Notes: generated by a model from the letters alone, not told the origin. A stretch of 64,000 bases of DNA from an uncultured Gammaproteobacteria bacterium (GCA_964457465.1 CAYWEJ010000002.1:15-64014); one strand, 5' to 3'; counted from the stretch's first letter, positions 9,635-19,679 are shown. Program-made: numbers and translations.

Positions 9635-9976
9635 ATGAATACTAAAAGAAAACGTATCATCGCAAGACAAGATAGAATCAGAGCTCATATTCGGGCAGTT
9701 TCTGCATATCCAAGGCTATCTGTTTATCGATCAAATAAGCTTATCTATGCCCAAATTATCGATGATAAGGCACAAAAAACTCTTATTGGAGTTTGTGAGG
9801 ATAAAGCAGCAAAGGGAAACAAGACAGAAAGGGCAAAAGTACTTGGTCAAGCTCTTGCAAGGCTGGCAGCAGATAAGAAAATAAAGCAGGTAGTTTTTGA
9901 TAAAGGTTCATATGCTTATCACGGAAGAGTAAAAGCGCTCGCCGAGGGCGCAAGAGAAGGAGGGTTGGTTTTCTAA
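9635..9976 (+). CDS. rplR: 50S ribosomal protein L18
   Basis: RLSVYRSN, YHGRVKALAEGAREGGL. Confidence 0.97.
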   Translation: MNTKRKRIIARQDRIRAHIRAVSAYPRLSVYRSNKLIYAQIIDDKAQKTLIGVCEDKAAKGNKTERAKVLGQALARLAADKKIKQVVFDKGSYAYHGRVKALAEGAREGGLVF

Positions 9977-9977
9977 T

Positions 9978-10475
9978 ATGGCACGGTTTGATACAAGATC
10001 ACAAGGAAAAAGTGAATTTATTGAGCAGGTTGTAAAAATCAGCCGTGTTTCAAAAAAGACTAAAGGAGGAAATAAGGTTGGATTTTCTGCTCTAACTGTT
10101 GTTGGAGATGGAAAAGGAAAAGTGGGCGTTGGTCTTGGAAAAGCTCCTGATGTTTCAGGCGCTGTTAGAAAAGGAATTCTGCTTGCTAAAAAACATATGA
10201 TCACGGTCCCTCTAATAAATGGAACAATTCCGACTCGAGTGGATGTCAAGGTCGGAGCGGCAAAGATTATGCTTAAGCCAGCACCTCCTGGAAGCGGAAT
10301 TATCGCGGGCGGAGCAGTTCGTAGCGTTGTTGCAGCAGCAGGAATTACAAATATTTCATCGAAGGTTCTTGGCAGTAATAATCAGCAAGGTAACGTAACT
10401 GCAACGCTTGAAGCGCTCCGTGAGCTGTCTGTAATTCAAGAGAAAAAAGAAGCATTAAAAACAAAAAGTAAATAA
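9978..10475 (+). CDS. rpsE: 30S ribosomal protein S5
   Basis: RVSKKTKGG, PAPPGSGIIAGG. Confidence 0.98.
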   Translation: MARFDTRSQGKSEFIEQVVKISRVSKKTKGGNKVGFSALTVVGDGKGKVGVGLGKAPDVSGAVRKGILLAKKHMITVPLINGTIPTRVDVKVGAAKIMLKPAPPGSGIIAGGAVRSVVAAAGITNISSKVLGSNNQQGNVTATLEALRELSVIQEKKEALKTKSK

Positions 10476-10477
10476 AT

Positions 10478-10942
10478 ATGGAATTACATCAACTACAAAG
10501 TATTAGCTATAAGAGAAAAAGACGCCTTGGACAAGGTCATGGTTCTGGTAGAATGAAAACAGCTGGAAGAGGAACTAAAGGCCAGAAGGCTAGATATGAC
10601 ATCCCTCTTGATTTTGAAGGAGGGGCATTACCTCTTATTAAGCGTCTACCTTTTTTAAGAGGAAAAGGTCGCAATGCAAGCAGGTATGAAAAACCTCTTG
10701 TTATTAGTGTCAGCGATTTGGAGTCTTTGCCAAAAAATAGCGTGGTAACGCTAGAATTCCTGGCAAAACATAATATTGTAGATGAGGCTTCTGCTCTTAG
10801 GCAAGGCATCAAAGTCTTGGGACAAGGAGAAATAACGCACCCTCTTACTGTAAAATTAATAGTCTCAAAACTTGCTGAAGATAAGATTGTTAAGGCAGGA
10901 GGCAAAGTTGAGCCGCAATCAACTGACGTCACAGTTGCATGA
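10478..10942 (+). CDS. rplO: 50S ribosomal protein L15
   Basis: [18 protein letters not shown]. Confidence 0.97.
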   Translation: MELHQLQSISYKRKRRLGQGHGSGRMKTAGRGTKGQKARYDIPLDFEGGALPLIKRLPFLRGKGRNASRYEKPLVISVSDLESLPKNSVVTLEFLAKHNIVDEASALRQGIKVLGQGEITHPLTVKLIVSKLAEDKIVKAGGKVEPQSTDVTVA

Positions 10943-12228
10943 ATAAATTTTTTGCTACCCTTTCATCAGCACTTCGAACACCAGAGGTTCGTCGAAAACT
11001 TATTTATACCGCAGTTATCTTCTTAGTATTTAGAATTTTTGCTCATATTCCTGTTGCTGGAGTTGATGTGGCAAGTCTTAAAAATCTTTTTGCTCAAAAT
11101 CAATTCTTAGGGCTTCTTGATATTTTTTCAGGGGGGACTCTTCGAAATTTTTCAGTATTAGCTCTCGGTCTTAATCCTTATATTAATGCATCTATTATTC
11201 TTCAGGTTTTAACGATGGTATTTCCAAAGCTTGAAGAGATGCAAAAAGAGGGAGAGCAGGGCAGGCAAAAGATCAATCAATACACAAGATTTTTGACAGT
11301 TCCCCTTGCTGTTCTGCAGTCAATTGGTATGTACGCGCTTTTAAGAAGTCAGGGGATTATAACAACATTGTCTCCTTTTGAGCTGGTAACATTTTTACTC
11401 ACCATGACTGCTGGAACTATGTTTGCTGTATGGCTTGGGGAATTGATTACTGAAAGAGGTGTAGGAAATGGTATTTCAGTTCTTATCTTCGCTGGAATTA
11501 TTGGAAATTTACCTGCAGTTATTGGACGAACGGCTGCTACTACAACATCAGATAGTTTGATAGGTGTTCTCTCATTTTTGGCGCTTGGATTTTTAGTAAT
11601 TGTTTCAGTTATTCTTGTCAACGAAGCAACAAGACAGCTTCCGGTTCATTACGCAAAGAGAATGCGGGGAAGTAAAATGTTCGGAGGCCAGTCGACTCAC
11701 TTACCACTCCGTCTTAATCAGTCAGGTGTAATTCCAATTATATTTGCTGTTTCATTAGTGTTACTACCTTCTCTTTTAGCCAACTTCATGATTACATCAA
11801 AAACCCCTCAGCTTATCTCTATTGGACAGTTCTTAACGTATTGGTTTAATCCTAATGGGTTTGTTTATAATTTTTCTTATTTTGTTTTGGTTGTTGGTTT
11901 TACTTTCTTTTATACTGCAGTTGTCTTTAATCCAAAAAAGATCTCCGAAGAGATGCAGAAGCATGGTGGTTTTATTCCAGGAATTCGTCCCGGGTCTCAA
12001 ACAGCAACATATCTTAATTACATACTTACAAGACTAACCCTTGTAGGGGCAGCATTCTTAGGTATCATTGCAATTCTACCTTCCCTTATTCGTAGTATTA
12101 CGGGCGTTGAGACGCTTATTCTTGGAGGAACAGGAATTCTTATCGTCGTAAGCGTTATTCTTGAAACCTACAAGGCGATTGAGGCACAGTTGGTAATGAG
12201 AAATTATGAAGGGTTTTTAAGAAGATGA
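10939..12228 (+). CDS. secY: preprotein translocase subunit SecY
   Basis: multi-TM; [27 protein letters not shown]. Confidence 0.99.
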   Translation: MNKFFATLSSALRTPEVRRKLIYTAVIFLVFRIFAHIPVAGVDVASLKNLFAQNQFLGLLDIFSGGTLRNFSVLALGLNPYINASIILQVLTMVFPKLEEMQKEGEQGRQKINQYTRFLTVPLAVLQSIGMYALLRSQGIITTLSPFELVTFLLTMTAGTMFAVWLGELITERGVGNGISVLIFAGIIGNLPAVIGRTAATTTSDSLIGVLSFLALGFLVIVSVILVNEATRQLPVHYAKRMRGSKMFGGQSTHLPLRLNQSGVIPIIFAVSLVLLPSLLANFMITSKTPQLISIGQFLTYWFNPNGFVYNFSYFVLVVGFTFFYTAVVFNPKKISEEMQKHGGFIPGIRPGSQTATYLNYILTRLTLVGAAFLGIIAILPSLIRSITGVETLILGGTGILIVVSVILETYKAIEAQLVMRNYEGFLRR

Positions 12229-12797
12229 AAATTATATTAATAGGTATTCAAGGTGCCGGAAAATCAACACAAGGAAAATTATTGTCTGAAAAATTGAAAA
12301 TTCCATATTTGTCTACAGGACATATCTTTCGTGAATTAGCAAAAGAACACACACCTCTTGGTCGATATATTAAAGAAACTATGAACGCAGGATTTCTCAT
12401 ACCTGATACAAAGGTTATGGATATCGTTACAGAGTATTTACACCGTCCTGAATACAGCGACGGTTATATCTTGGATGGTTTTCCTCGCACAAGTCATCAG
12501 GCAGAAAAGTTTGAGAATGGAGTAGATCATGTGTTTTATCTTAAGGTTTCAGATCGTGAAGCTTTATGGCGCTTGTCATACAGAACTGGCCCTGAGGCAG
12601 ATGGAAGAGAGGATGAAACACTCTCCGCGATAAGAAAAAGAATTGAACTTTTTCATGAACACACGAAGCCTGTGATTGAATACTACAGGAAGCACCAAAA
12701 GCTGGTAGAAGTTGATGGCGAAGAACCAATTGAGAAGATTCATCGTGTCATAATGGACCATATTAAAGATAGCGAGCAGAATACTCGCAAGAGTTAA
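12225..12797 (+). CDS. adk: adenylate kinase (short, LID-less type)
   Basis: [21 protein letters not shown]. Confidence 0.93.
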   Translation: MKIILIGIQGAGKSTQGKLLSEKLKIPYLSTGHIFRELAKEHTPLGRYIKETMNAGFLIPDTKVMDIVTEYLHRPEYSDGYILDGFPRTSHQAEKFENGVDHVFYLKVSDREALWRLSYRTGPEADGREDETLSAIRKRIELFHEHTKPVIEYYRKHQKLVEVDGEEPIEKIHRVIMDHIKDSEQNTRKS

Positions 12798-12798
12798 T

Positions 12799-13503
12799 AT
12801 GGGAGGATTTATTATCGCTATTGACGGACCCGCTGCTTCAGGAAAAGGAACGATAGTTCAACTTCTTACAGAGTATTTCCACGGCGTAAATATTTATACA
12901 GGGGGCATGTATCGCGCATTAGCTCTTGCATGTATGAGAAAAAAAATCAGTTTTGATGATCATGAGGGAGTTTTAGCATTATTGTCATCATCAGAAATCA
13001 GCCTAGGTAAAGATGCTGAATTATCAGTCGTAGCAACAATATATCTCAATGGAGAAAATGTTACCGAAGAAATTAAAACGCCTGATGCCGCAATTGGAGC
13101 TGGGAAAGTCGTCCAAGTGCCAGGCGTAAGGCAGGAGATTGTTTCGCGTCAACAAGCATTAGTGAAAAGGCTAGTTAGCGATAAAAGGGTAGCTATTCTT
13201 GATGGTCAAGATATTGCACTGTATGTTTGTCCTGATGCAGAAGTGAAAGTTTTTTTAACTGCATCTCAAGAAGTCAGAGCAAAAAGACGACAGAGACAGT
13301 ATGAAAAACAAGGGCTTCATAAGTCGATTGATGCAATGCTTGAGGAAATAAAAACTCGCGATCGGCAAGATTGGACAAGGACACTCCATCCTCTTTCCTC
13401 AGATCCTGAAAAAGATGGCTATTTTTTTCTTGATAGCTCTACTCTTGATGAGCAGCAAACAAAAAATATTATTTTAGATCATATCAAAACATTACAACTA
13501 TGA
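12799..13503 (+). CDS. cmk: cytidylate kinase family protein
   Basis: IAIDGPAASGKGT, GGMYRA, KVFLTAS..VRAKRR, RDRQD. Confidence 0.88.
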   Translation: MGGFIIAIDGPAASGKGTIVQLLTEYFHGVNIYTGGMYRALALACMRKKISFDDHEGVLALLSSSEISLGKDAELSVVATIYLNGENVTEEIKTPDAAIGAGKVVQVPGVRQEIVSRQQALVKRLVSDKRVAILDGQDIALYVCPDAEVKVFLTASQEVRAKRRQRQYEKQGLHKSIDAMLEEIKTRDRQDWTRTLHPLSSDPEKDGYFFLDSSTLDEQQTKNIILDHIKTLQL

Positions 13504-14261
13504 TTCATATAAAAAATAACAAAGAAATTGAAAGTATGAAAAAAGGAGGAGCAATTCTTGCTCAGGCTCTGTTTACAGCATTAGAAGCTGTTAAAGAGGG
13601 CGTCACCGAAAAAGAGCTTGATTCCATTACTGAGAGAGTCATCATCGAGCATGGGGCTGAGGCGGGATTTAAAAAAGTACCAGGGTACCATCATGCTATT
13701 TGTACGGCTACAAATGATGTTATTGTCCATGGCATCCCAGGAGATTATCGTCTCAAGAAGGGTGATGTTATTTGTATTGACGCAGGAGTATTTTTTGATA
13801 ATCTTCATACCGACATGGCCGAGACTGTTGTAGTTGGAGGAGCAAAAGAAGCTCCTGAAGGCGTTGAAAAATTTTTAAACACAGGGAAAAAAGCTCTTGC
13901 TGCAGGCATAGCACAGGCAAAAGAAGGAAATCGTGTTGGGCACATATCGCGAGCCATTCAGCAGATTGTTGAGAAAGAAGGGTACTCAGTGGTGAGGACG
14001 CTGATTGGGCATGGTGTTGGGAGAGAACTGCATGAGGAGCCAGAGATACCAGGATATTTACATGGAGCACTTGAGAAAACACCAATATTGAAAGAGGGAA
14101 TGACGATAGCAATTGAAGTGATATACACAATGGGTGGGCCAGATGTAGTGTATGCAAATGATGATGGGTGGACAATTAAGACTGAAGATGGAAGCCTCTC
14201 TGCTGTTTTTGAGCGTACAGTTTTAGTTACATCATCTAAACCTGAGGTGCTTACGCAATAG
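13500..14261 (+). CDS. map: methionine aminopeptidase type I
   Basis: VHGIP, HTDMAET, GHGVGRELHEEP, IAIE. Confidence 0.97.
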   Translation: MIHIKNNKEIESMKKGGAILAQALFTALEAVKEGVTEKELDSITERVIIEHGAEAGFKKVPGYHHAICTATNDVIVHGIPGDYRLKKGDVICIDAGVFFDNLHTDMAETVVVGGAKEAPEGVEKFLNTGKKALAAGIAQAKEGNRVGHISRAIQQIVEKEGYSVVRTLIGHGVGRELHEEPEIPGYLHGALEKTPILKEGMTIAIEVIYTMGGPDVVYANDDGWTIKTEDGSLSAVFERTVLVTSSKPEVLTQ

Positions 14262-14262
14262 G

Positions 14263-14291
14263 TTGCTCTTTTGAGGCTAGTTTGCTATAAT
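14263..14291 (+). promoter_or_regulatory. promoter of infA-rpmJ-alpha operon
   Basis: TTGCTC-N17-TATAAT with extended TG. Confidence 0.7.
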
Positions 14292-14375
14292 TACTTCACG
14301 CTGCTTAGTGTAGCTGAATAAATGCATATTCCCTTCTCCCTAGGGGTATGTGGTTTTTTGCCTTAAAGGCAACTT

Positions 14376-14591
14376 ATGGCTCATCAAGGATCAATAGAGA
14401 AAGATGGAATTGTTAAAGAAGCTTTGCCCAACACGTTATTTCGAGTTGAGCTAGAGGATAAATCTGTGGTTCTTTGTCATTTGTCAGGTAAGATGCGAAT
14501 CCATTTTATCAAAATTTTACCTGGAGATAGAGTTAAAATTGAGATGACGCCTTATGATAAAGGAAAAGGGCGAATAATCTATAGAGGTTAA
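14376..14591 (+). CDS. infA: translation initiation factor IF-1
   Basis: [33 protein letters not shown]. Confidence 0.99.
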   Translation: MAHQGSIEKDGIVKEALPNTLFRVELEDKSVVLCHLSGKMRIHFIKILPGDRVKIEMTPYDKGKGRIIYRG

Positions 14592-14595
14592 CACA

Positions 14596-14709
14596 ATGAA
14601 AGTACAAGCAAGTGTAAAAAAAAGATGCAATAAATGTAAAATAATTCGCAGAAAAGGCGTTGTTTTTGTTATTTGTGAAACGCCAAAACATAAGCAGCGT
14701 CAAGGATAA
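14596..14709 (+). CDS. rpmJ: 50S ribosomal protein L36 (below ORF-track size cutoff)
   Basis: Manual translation [37 protein letters not shown]. Confidence 0.98.
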   Translation: MKVQASVKKRCNKCKIIRRKGVVFVICETPKHKQRQG

Positions 14710-14712
14710 AAT

Positions 14713-15117
14713 ATGCGTATAGCAGGAATTACCATACCAGTTGAAAAAAGAGTAGATATTGCACTTACCTATCTTTACGGCATAGGAAGAAGCAATGTCA
14801 AGAATGTGCTTAAGGCAGCAAATCTTGACGGTTCTGTTCGAGTCAAAGATCTCTCAGAAGATGATCAAAAAAGAATCACAAAAGCTCTTGAGACTATTAA
14901 GGTTGAAGGAGATCTTAGGACAGAGGTCTCTGGGAATATCAGAAGACTAAGAGATGCTGGTGCATATAGAGGTATGCGTCATAGTAAGAATCTTCCTGCG
15001 CGAGGGCAAAGAACAAAATCAAATGCTCGAACAAAGCGTGGCAAAAGAATGACTATCGGAGCAATCAAGAAGGAAATGGCAGCAAAGATGGAAGCATCTG
15101 CGAAAGCGAGTAAATAA
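14713..15117 (+). CDS. rpsM: 30S ribosomal protein S13
   Basis: [26 protein letters not shown]. Confidence 0.98.
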   Translation: MRIAGITIPVEKRVDIALTYLYGIGRSNVKNVLKAANLDGSVRVKDLSEDDQKRITKALETIKVEGDLRTEVSGNIRRLRDAGAYRGMRHSKNLPARGQRTKSNARTKRGKRMTIGAIKKEMAAKMEASAKASK

Positions 15118-15128
15118 TTTATAAATAT

Positions 15129-15527
15129 ATGGCAGCAAAAAAACAAGTAAAAACATCTAAGAAAAAATCTCATCTCGTTGTAGGTGAGCACGGTAGAATT
15201 TATGTAACTGCAACATTTAATAATTCATTGGTTAGTATCACTAATGATAATGGTGATCTTATATCCTGGAGCTCAGCCGGCAATTCAGGATTCAAAGGTA
15301 CAAGAAAGTCTACCCCATATGCAGCTTCACTTGCTGTTGAGAATGCAGCAAAGAAGGCTCTTTCCCTAGGTCTTAAATCAGTGGACGTATTTATTAAAGG
15401 TCCTGGGTCTGGTAGAGACTCATCTCTTCGGGCAATTAAAAGCGCTGGTTTTTCAATAACTTCAATAGCTGATGTTACACCTATCCCGCATAACGGGCCA
15501 AGAGCAAAGAAAAAGAGGAGAGTATAA
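15129..15527 (+). CDS. rpsK: 30S ribosomal protein S11
   Basis: [22 protein letters not shown]. Confidence 0.98.
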   Translation: MAAKKQVKTSKKKSHLVVGEHGRIYVTATFNNSLVSITNDNGDLISWSSAGNSGFKGTRKSTPYAASLAVENAAKKALSLGLKSVDVFIKGPGSGRDSSLRAIKSAGFSITSIADVTPIPHNGPRAKKKRRV

Positions 15528-15533
15528 TATATT

Positions 15534-16136
15534 ATGGCAAGATATACAGGACCAAAGCATAGATTAGCAAGACGAGAGGGAATAAATATTCTTGATAAGA
15601 CATCAAATTCTCTTGCGCGTCGTCTTAATGTTCCACCAGGGGTTCATGGTAAAAAACCAAAAAGAAGACTGTCTGAGTATGGTCAGCAATTAAGAGAAAA
15701 GCAAAAAGCAAAAGCAATGTACGGACTGCTGGAGAAACAGTTCAAAAGACTCGTTACTCATCTTGAAAAGCAGAAGGGCGATACAAGTGAACTGATGTTA
15801 TCTCTTCTTGAGACGCGACTTGATAATATGGTGTATCGTCTTGGTTTTGCTAAAACTCGATTTCAAGCTAGGCAATTTGTTTCACATGGTCATATCAAGG
15901 TAAATAGTAAAAGACTTTCTATCCCTTCATATCAAGTGAGGGTAGATGATGTCATAGAGCTAGACGATAAGATACTCAAAACTCCTGATATTACAAAGTT
16001 ATTTTCTGAGACTTCAGAGACAGTTTCATTCATTGAGAAAAAAGGCAACAAGGGAAAGCTTGTTCGTATGCCAAAACGTGACGATATAGTAGTTCCGTTC
16101 AATACTCAGCAGATTATTGAATATTATTCCAGATAA
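15534..16136 (+). CDS. rpsD: 30S ribosomal protein S4
   Basis: MARYTGP, QLREKQK, LETRLDNMVYRLG. Confidence 0.98.
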   Translation: MARYTGPKHRLARREGINILDKTSNSLARRLNVPPGVHGKKPKRRLSEYGQQLREKQKAKAMYGLLEKQFKRLVTHLEKQKGDTSELMLSLLETRLDNMVYRLGFAKTRFQARQFVSHGHIKVNSKRLSIPSYQVRVDDVIELDDKILKTPDITKLFSETSETVSFIEKKGNKGKLVRMPKRDDIVVPFNTQQIIEYYSR

Positions 16137-16167
16137 TGATACAATAGATCATTGTCTTGTGGAAATT

Positions 16168-17097
16168 ATGAATAACAACTTATTTTTTACAATTAAAGAA
16201 ATAGTAAATGCAGATGGGTTTGGAGAATTCGTTATTGAGCCCTTAGAGCCAGGATTTGGTTATACGATAGGAAATGCTCTTCGAAGAGTGCTATATTCTT
16301 CTATCTCTGGAGCTGCAGTAACTTCTATAAAAATTGGATCAGTAAAGCACAAGTTCTCAACAGTAGACGGACTTAAAGAAAATGTTATCGATCTTCTTCT
16401 TAACATCAAAGAACTTAATCTTAAGTTGGCTGGTGATAAAGATTCAGGTACGCTCAGTCTTTCAGTCAAAGGTCCAGCAGAGATTACAGCTGCTGATTTT
16501 GAAGCTTCAGACGGAGTTGAAGTTGTTAATAAAGATCACTATATTGGATCACTTTCTGGTAAAGGATCAAAATTAGAGATGGAGCTTCAAGTTGAAAGAG
16601 GTATGGGCTATTCTCTTGCTGAAGAGAGAAGGTCAACAGAAATAGGAAGTATTCCAACAGATGCAATATTTTCTCCTATTCGTAGAGTAACTTATTCAGT
16701 AGAAGCGACTCGAGTTGGTCGTCAGACAAATCTTGATAAGCTTACTCTTAAGATTTGGACAAATGGAACAGTTGATCCAAAAGAATCTCTTGAAAAAGCT
16801 GCAAGAATACTCGCAAATTCATTTACCCAGGTTTTTGACCCTCAGGTGTCTGATGCCGCTGTCGAAGAAGGAGTATCAACTGGGAATCTCCCATCAGGAG
16901 TTGCTAAAATGACTGTTGATGAACTTGATTTACCAACAAGAATTTACAATAGTCTTCGAAACGGTGGGATTGAAACAGTTGAGCAGCTGCTTCAGACCCC
17001 AAGAAAAGATCTAATCTCAATGAGAAACATGGGTGGTAAGTCAATATCAGTTATAGAAGAGAAATTGCAAGAAAAAGGTATTTCATTCCCAGCATAA
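16168..17097 (+). CDS. rpoA: DNA-directed RNA polymerase subunit alpha
   Basis: EPLEPGFGYTIGNALRRVL, alpha-CTD; start moved to ATG 16168. Confidence 0.98.
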   Translation: MNNNLFFTIKEIVNADGFGEFVIEPLEPGFGYTIGNALRRVLYSSISGAAVTSIKIGSVKHKFSTVDGLKENVIDLLLNIKELNLKLAGDKDSGTLSLSVKGPAEITAADFEASDGVEVVNKDHYIGSLSGKGSKLEMELQVERGMGYSLAEERRSTEIGSIPTDAIFSPIRRVTYSVEATRVGRQTNLDKLTLKIWTNGTVDPKESLEKAARILANSFTQVFDPQVSDAAVEEGVSTGNLPSGVAKMTVDELDLPTRIYNSLRNGGIETVEQLLQTPRKDLISMRNMGGKSISVIEEKLQEKGISFPA

Positions 17098-17112
17098 ATT
17101 AGTCTGCCTGTT

Positions 17113-17231
17113 ATCTGTTTCAGTTATCAGTTTTCAGATTTTTGTTAATCAGTTTTCAGTCAAAGAATCGGATGAACAGATATACCGATAGGCCTGAATG
17201 CGAGAACAGAAAACCACGAACTGACAACTGA
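17113..17231. repeat. imperfect inverted repeat built from degenerate 7-mer units
   Basis: left arm TCAGTTA TCAGTTT TCAGATT...TCAGTTT TCAGTC; right arm GAACAGA...GAACAGA...GAACTGA CAACTGA. Confidence 0.7.
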
Positions 17232-17242
17232 TTTTTTGTATT

Positions 17243-17737
17243 ATGAGAAAACAAGTTTTTGGAAGACATCTTAAAAGAGATACAAATGAGCGAAAGGCTT
17301 TATTTAAGTCGCTTGCTTCTTCATTGGTGCTTCATGAGCGAATAGAGACTACAGAAGAAAAAGCAAAAGCAATTAAAGGCCAGGTTGAAAAAATGGTTAC
17401 AAAGGTTAAGAAAAATAATTCAAACCATACAGCAGATCTTTTAAGAGCGCACCTTTCGCATGAGGCGTTGGTTAAGCTAATGTCCGATATCGCTCCTCGT
17501 TTTTCAGATAGGCCAGGAGGGTACACAAGAATTATTAAGAAAGGTAATCGTTTCTCTGATAATGCATCAATGGTTTTTATAGAATGGGTAGAAAAAGGTG
17601 CAAAAACTATTGCTGATGTTAAGGCTGTTGACGCACCAAAGAAAGTTGTTAAAAAGAAAGTGGCAAAGGTCCAGGCAGATGCTAAGGTTGTAAAATCAGT
17701 TAAAAAGACTAAGACAGCAGGAAAGGAAGATAAATAA
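17243..17737 (+). CDS. rplQ: 50S ribosomal protein L17 (Lys-rich C-terminal extension)
   Basis: IETTEEKAK, RPGGYTRI. Confidence 0.97.
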   Translation: MRKQVFGRHLKRDTNERKALFKSLASSLVLHERIETTEEKAKAIKGQVEKMVTKVKKNNSNHTADLLRAHLSHEALVKLMSDIAPRFSDRPGGYTRIIKKGNRFSDNASMVFIEWVEKGAKTIADVKAVDAPKKVVKKKVAKVQADAKVVKSVKKTKTAGKEDK

Positions 17738-18159
17738 TGAAACAAACAAAGTCAGTAAAACAATCAGAAATTTCACACGAGTGGCATCTCATAGATGTCT
17801 CTGGGCAGAACCTTGGAAGAGTGTCTACAAAAATTGCAACACATCTCATGGGAAAATCAAAAACTAATTTTGTAAGAAATCTTGATTGTGGAGATTATGT
17901 AGTTGTAATTAATGCAAAAGACGTAAGTGTTTCTGGTAAAAAAGAAGAGAAAAAAACATATGCACGTCATTCAGGATATCCGGGCGGCTATAAGAGTGAG
18001 ACACTTAAAGAGTTGCGAGCAAGAAAACCTGAGGAAATAATTAGGCATGCAGTTAGGGGGATGTTGCCTCAGAATAGGCTTCGTGATAGAATGCTCAAGC
18101 GCTTGTTTGTTTTCTCGGAAAATGATCATACGTATCAAGATAAATTTGTACAAAAATAA
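17737..18159 (+). CDS. rplM: 50S ribosomal protein L13
   Basis: DCGDYVVVINA, HSGYPGG, AVRGMLP. Confidence 0.98.
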   Translation: MKQTKSVKQSEISHEWHLIDVSGQNLGRVSTKIATHLMGKSKTNFVRNLDCGDYVVVINAKDVSVSGKKEEKKTYARHSGYPGGYKSETLKELRARKPEEIIRHAVRGMLPQNRLRDRMLKRLFVFSENDHTYQDKFVQK

Positions 18160-18161
18160 TT

Positions 18162-18638
18162 ATGGCAACTAAAGCACCATTAATAGAGAAAAAAGCAGTC
18201 ACAAAAAAAGATTATATTTTTGCAGTTGGCAGACGAAAAGAGGCAGTTGCAAGAGTTAGGCTTTATGAGAAGTTGAAGGATAAGTTTCAATGGGGTGTAA
18301 CTGAGATAAAAAAAGGCGATATCGTTGTTAACGAAAAAATGGCCTCAGAATATTTTCCTGGAGAAATTAATCGATTCGCATATACTGAGCCGCTTAGAGT
18401 TGCAAACGCACAAAATAAATATACTATTACAATACGTGTTGTTGGCGGGGGAAGCGCAGGGCAATTACAGGCTGTAGTAGCTGGGTTGTCAAACGCACTA
18501 TCTTTAGCTAATAAAGAAGACTATAGAGCAGCACTTAAGAAAAAAGGGTTTCTTACCAGAGATTCACGTATTCGTGAACGACGAAAAGTAGGTACCGGTG
18601 GAAAAGCTAGACGAGCTAAGCAATCACCAAAGCGATAA
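18162..18638 (+). CDS. rpsI: 30S ribosomal protein S9
   Basis: GRRKEAVARV, LTRDSRIRERRK, QSPKR. Confidence 0.98.
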   Translation: MATKAPLIEKKAVTKKDYIFAVGRRKEAVARVRLYEKLKDKFQWGVTEIKKGDIVVNEKMASEYFPGEINRFAYTEPLRVANAQNKYTITIRVVGGGSAGQLQAVVAGLSNALSLANKEDYRAALKKKGFLTRDSRIRERRKVGTGGKARRAKQSPKR

Positions 18639-18694
18639 CCTCAGATCCCCAAATGCTTGTTGACTCGAATTATTTCTTGTGTTAGCTTGGGAGT

Positions 18695-19039
18695 GTGGGA
18701 TTGATAACGTATCTTCTTATTAATAGTTTTGCTATTTTTATTGCAGCCCAGGTCTTAACAGGCGTTCATGTCTCTTCTTACCTTACTGCGATTATTATTG
18801 CAGTTTTTTTGGGGGCTGTTAATACATTTGTAAAACCTTTGATTCTCCTTCTCACTTTACCAATTACTATTGTTACATTTGGGTTTTTTGCATTTATTGT
18901 TAATGCACTATTGGTCCTGCTTGTTAGTAATGCTATTCCTGGATTTGTTGTAGATGGATTTTTGTGGGCACTACTTTTTAGTTTGGTAATATCTATAATA
19001 TCTTCATTTCTTAATTCGCTTTTGAGGACAAAAAAATAG
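18695..19039 (+). CDS. 4-TM membrane protein, YvlD/phage-holin-like family
   Basis: VNTFVKPLILLLTLPITIVTFGFFAFIVNA signature. Confidence 0.8.
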   Translation: MGLITYLLINSFAIFIAAQVLTGVHVSSYLTAIIIAVFLGAVNTFVKPLILLLTLPITIVTFGFFAFIVNALLVLLVSNAIPGFVVDGFLWALLFSLVISIISSFLNSLLRTKK

Positions 19040-19606
19040 CTATTGTATGTCTACTGTTAGTTCTTTCGCTGTGAGATAGCCCCACATAATTGCAGCTGGC
19101 AATAAATCCTCAAATTTCTCAGCATTAAACTCTCTTTTCTTGATACTTAATTTTTTAATATATTGCTTTGTATCTAGATGGAAGAGAAAAAGATCCATAA
19201 CCTGACTTACTGGAGATTTTACTTTTACACCTTCTGAAAGCATACTTCCTATCTTCATTCGAGCATTCCTTATGGATGATGCATCGTCAACTATTTTATA
19301 TGGTAAATACCCTTTCTCAAGCGAGCGCTCCTTAAGAAAGATTTGGACACCGCATGCCATTGATAAATATAGAAGCCCATATATCTTAGATCTCTTAACC
19401 TCTTTACTGGTTGGGATTGGTCTGTATAATGTTTGTGCAAATACTGCGGAGGCCTTTTTGCAATGGGTTAGTATACCTTCTGGCAGATAGAACTTAGAAC
19501 TTACGCTGTCATGTGTATACTGATCCATTGAAGTGATTATTTCTTCCCAAATTCTTTGCACTACTATATATGCTTGTCCTTCTTCATTCTTTGGCAGATT
19601 TTTCAT
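19040..19606 (-). CDS. hypothetical protein
   Basis: 188-aa ORF filling the gap, preceded by TATAGT-N6-ATG. Confidence 0.75.
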   Translation of the reverse strand: MKNLPKNEEGQAYIVVQRIWEEIITSMDQYTHDSVSSKFYLPEGILTHCKKASAVFAQTLYRPIPTSKEVKRSKIYGLLYLSMACGVQIFLKERSLEKGYLPYKIVDDASSIRNARMKIGSMLSEGVKVKSPVSQVMDLFLFHLDTKQYIKKLSIKKREFNAEKFEDLLPAAIMWGYLTAKELTVDIQ

Positions 19607-19679
19607 GATACTACTATATTAAGCATAAATTTCTTGAGAAAATCAAGCAGCTGTCGTTTAATTGTTTTATAATATATGT

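Noticed and set aside
18695-19039. Holin-family gene as a sign of prophage
   Set aside because: Common chromosomal YvlD-type membrane protein; no phage genes nearby.
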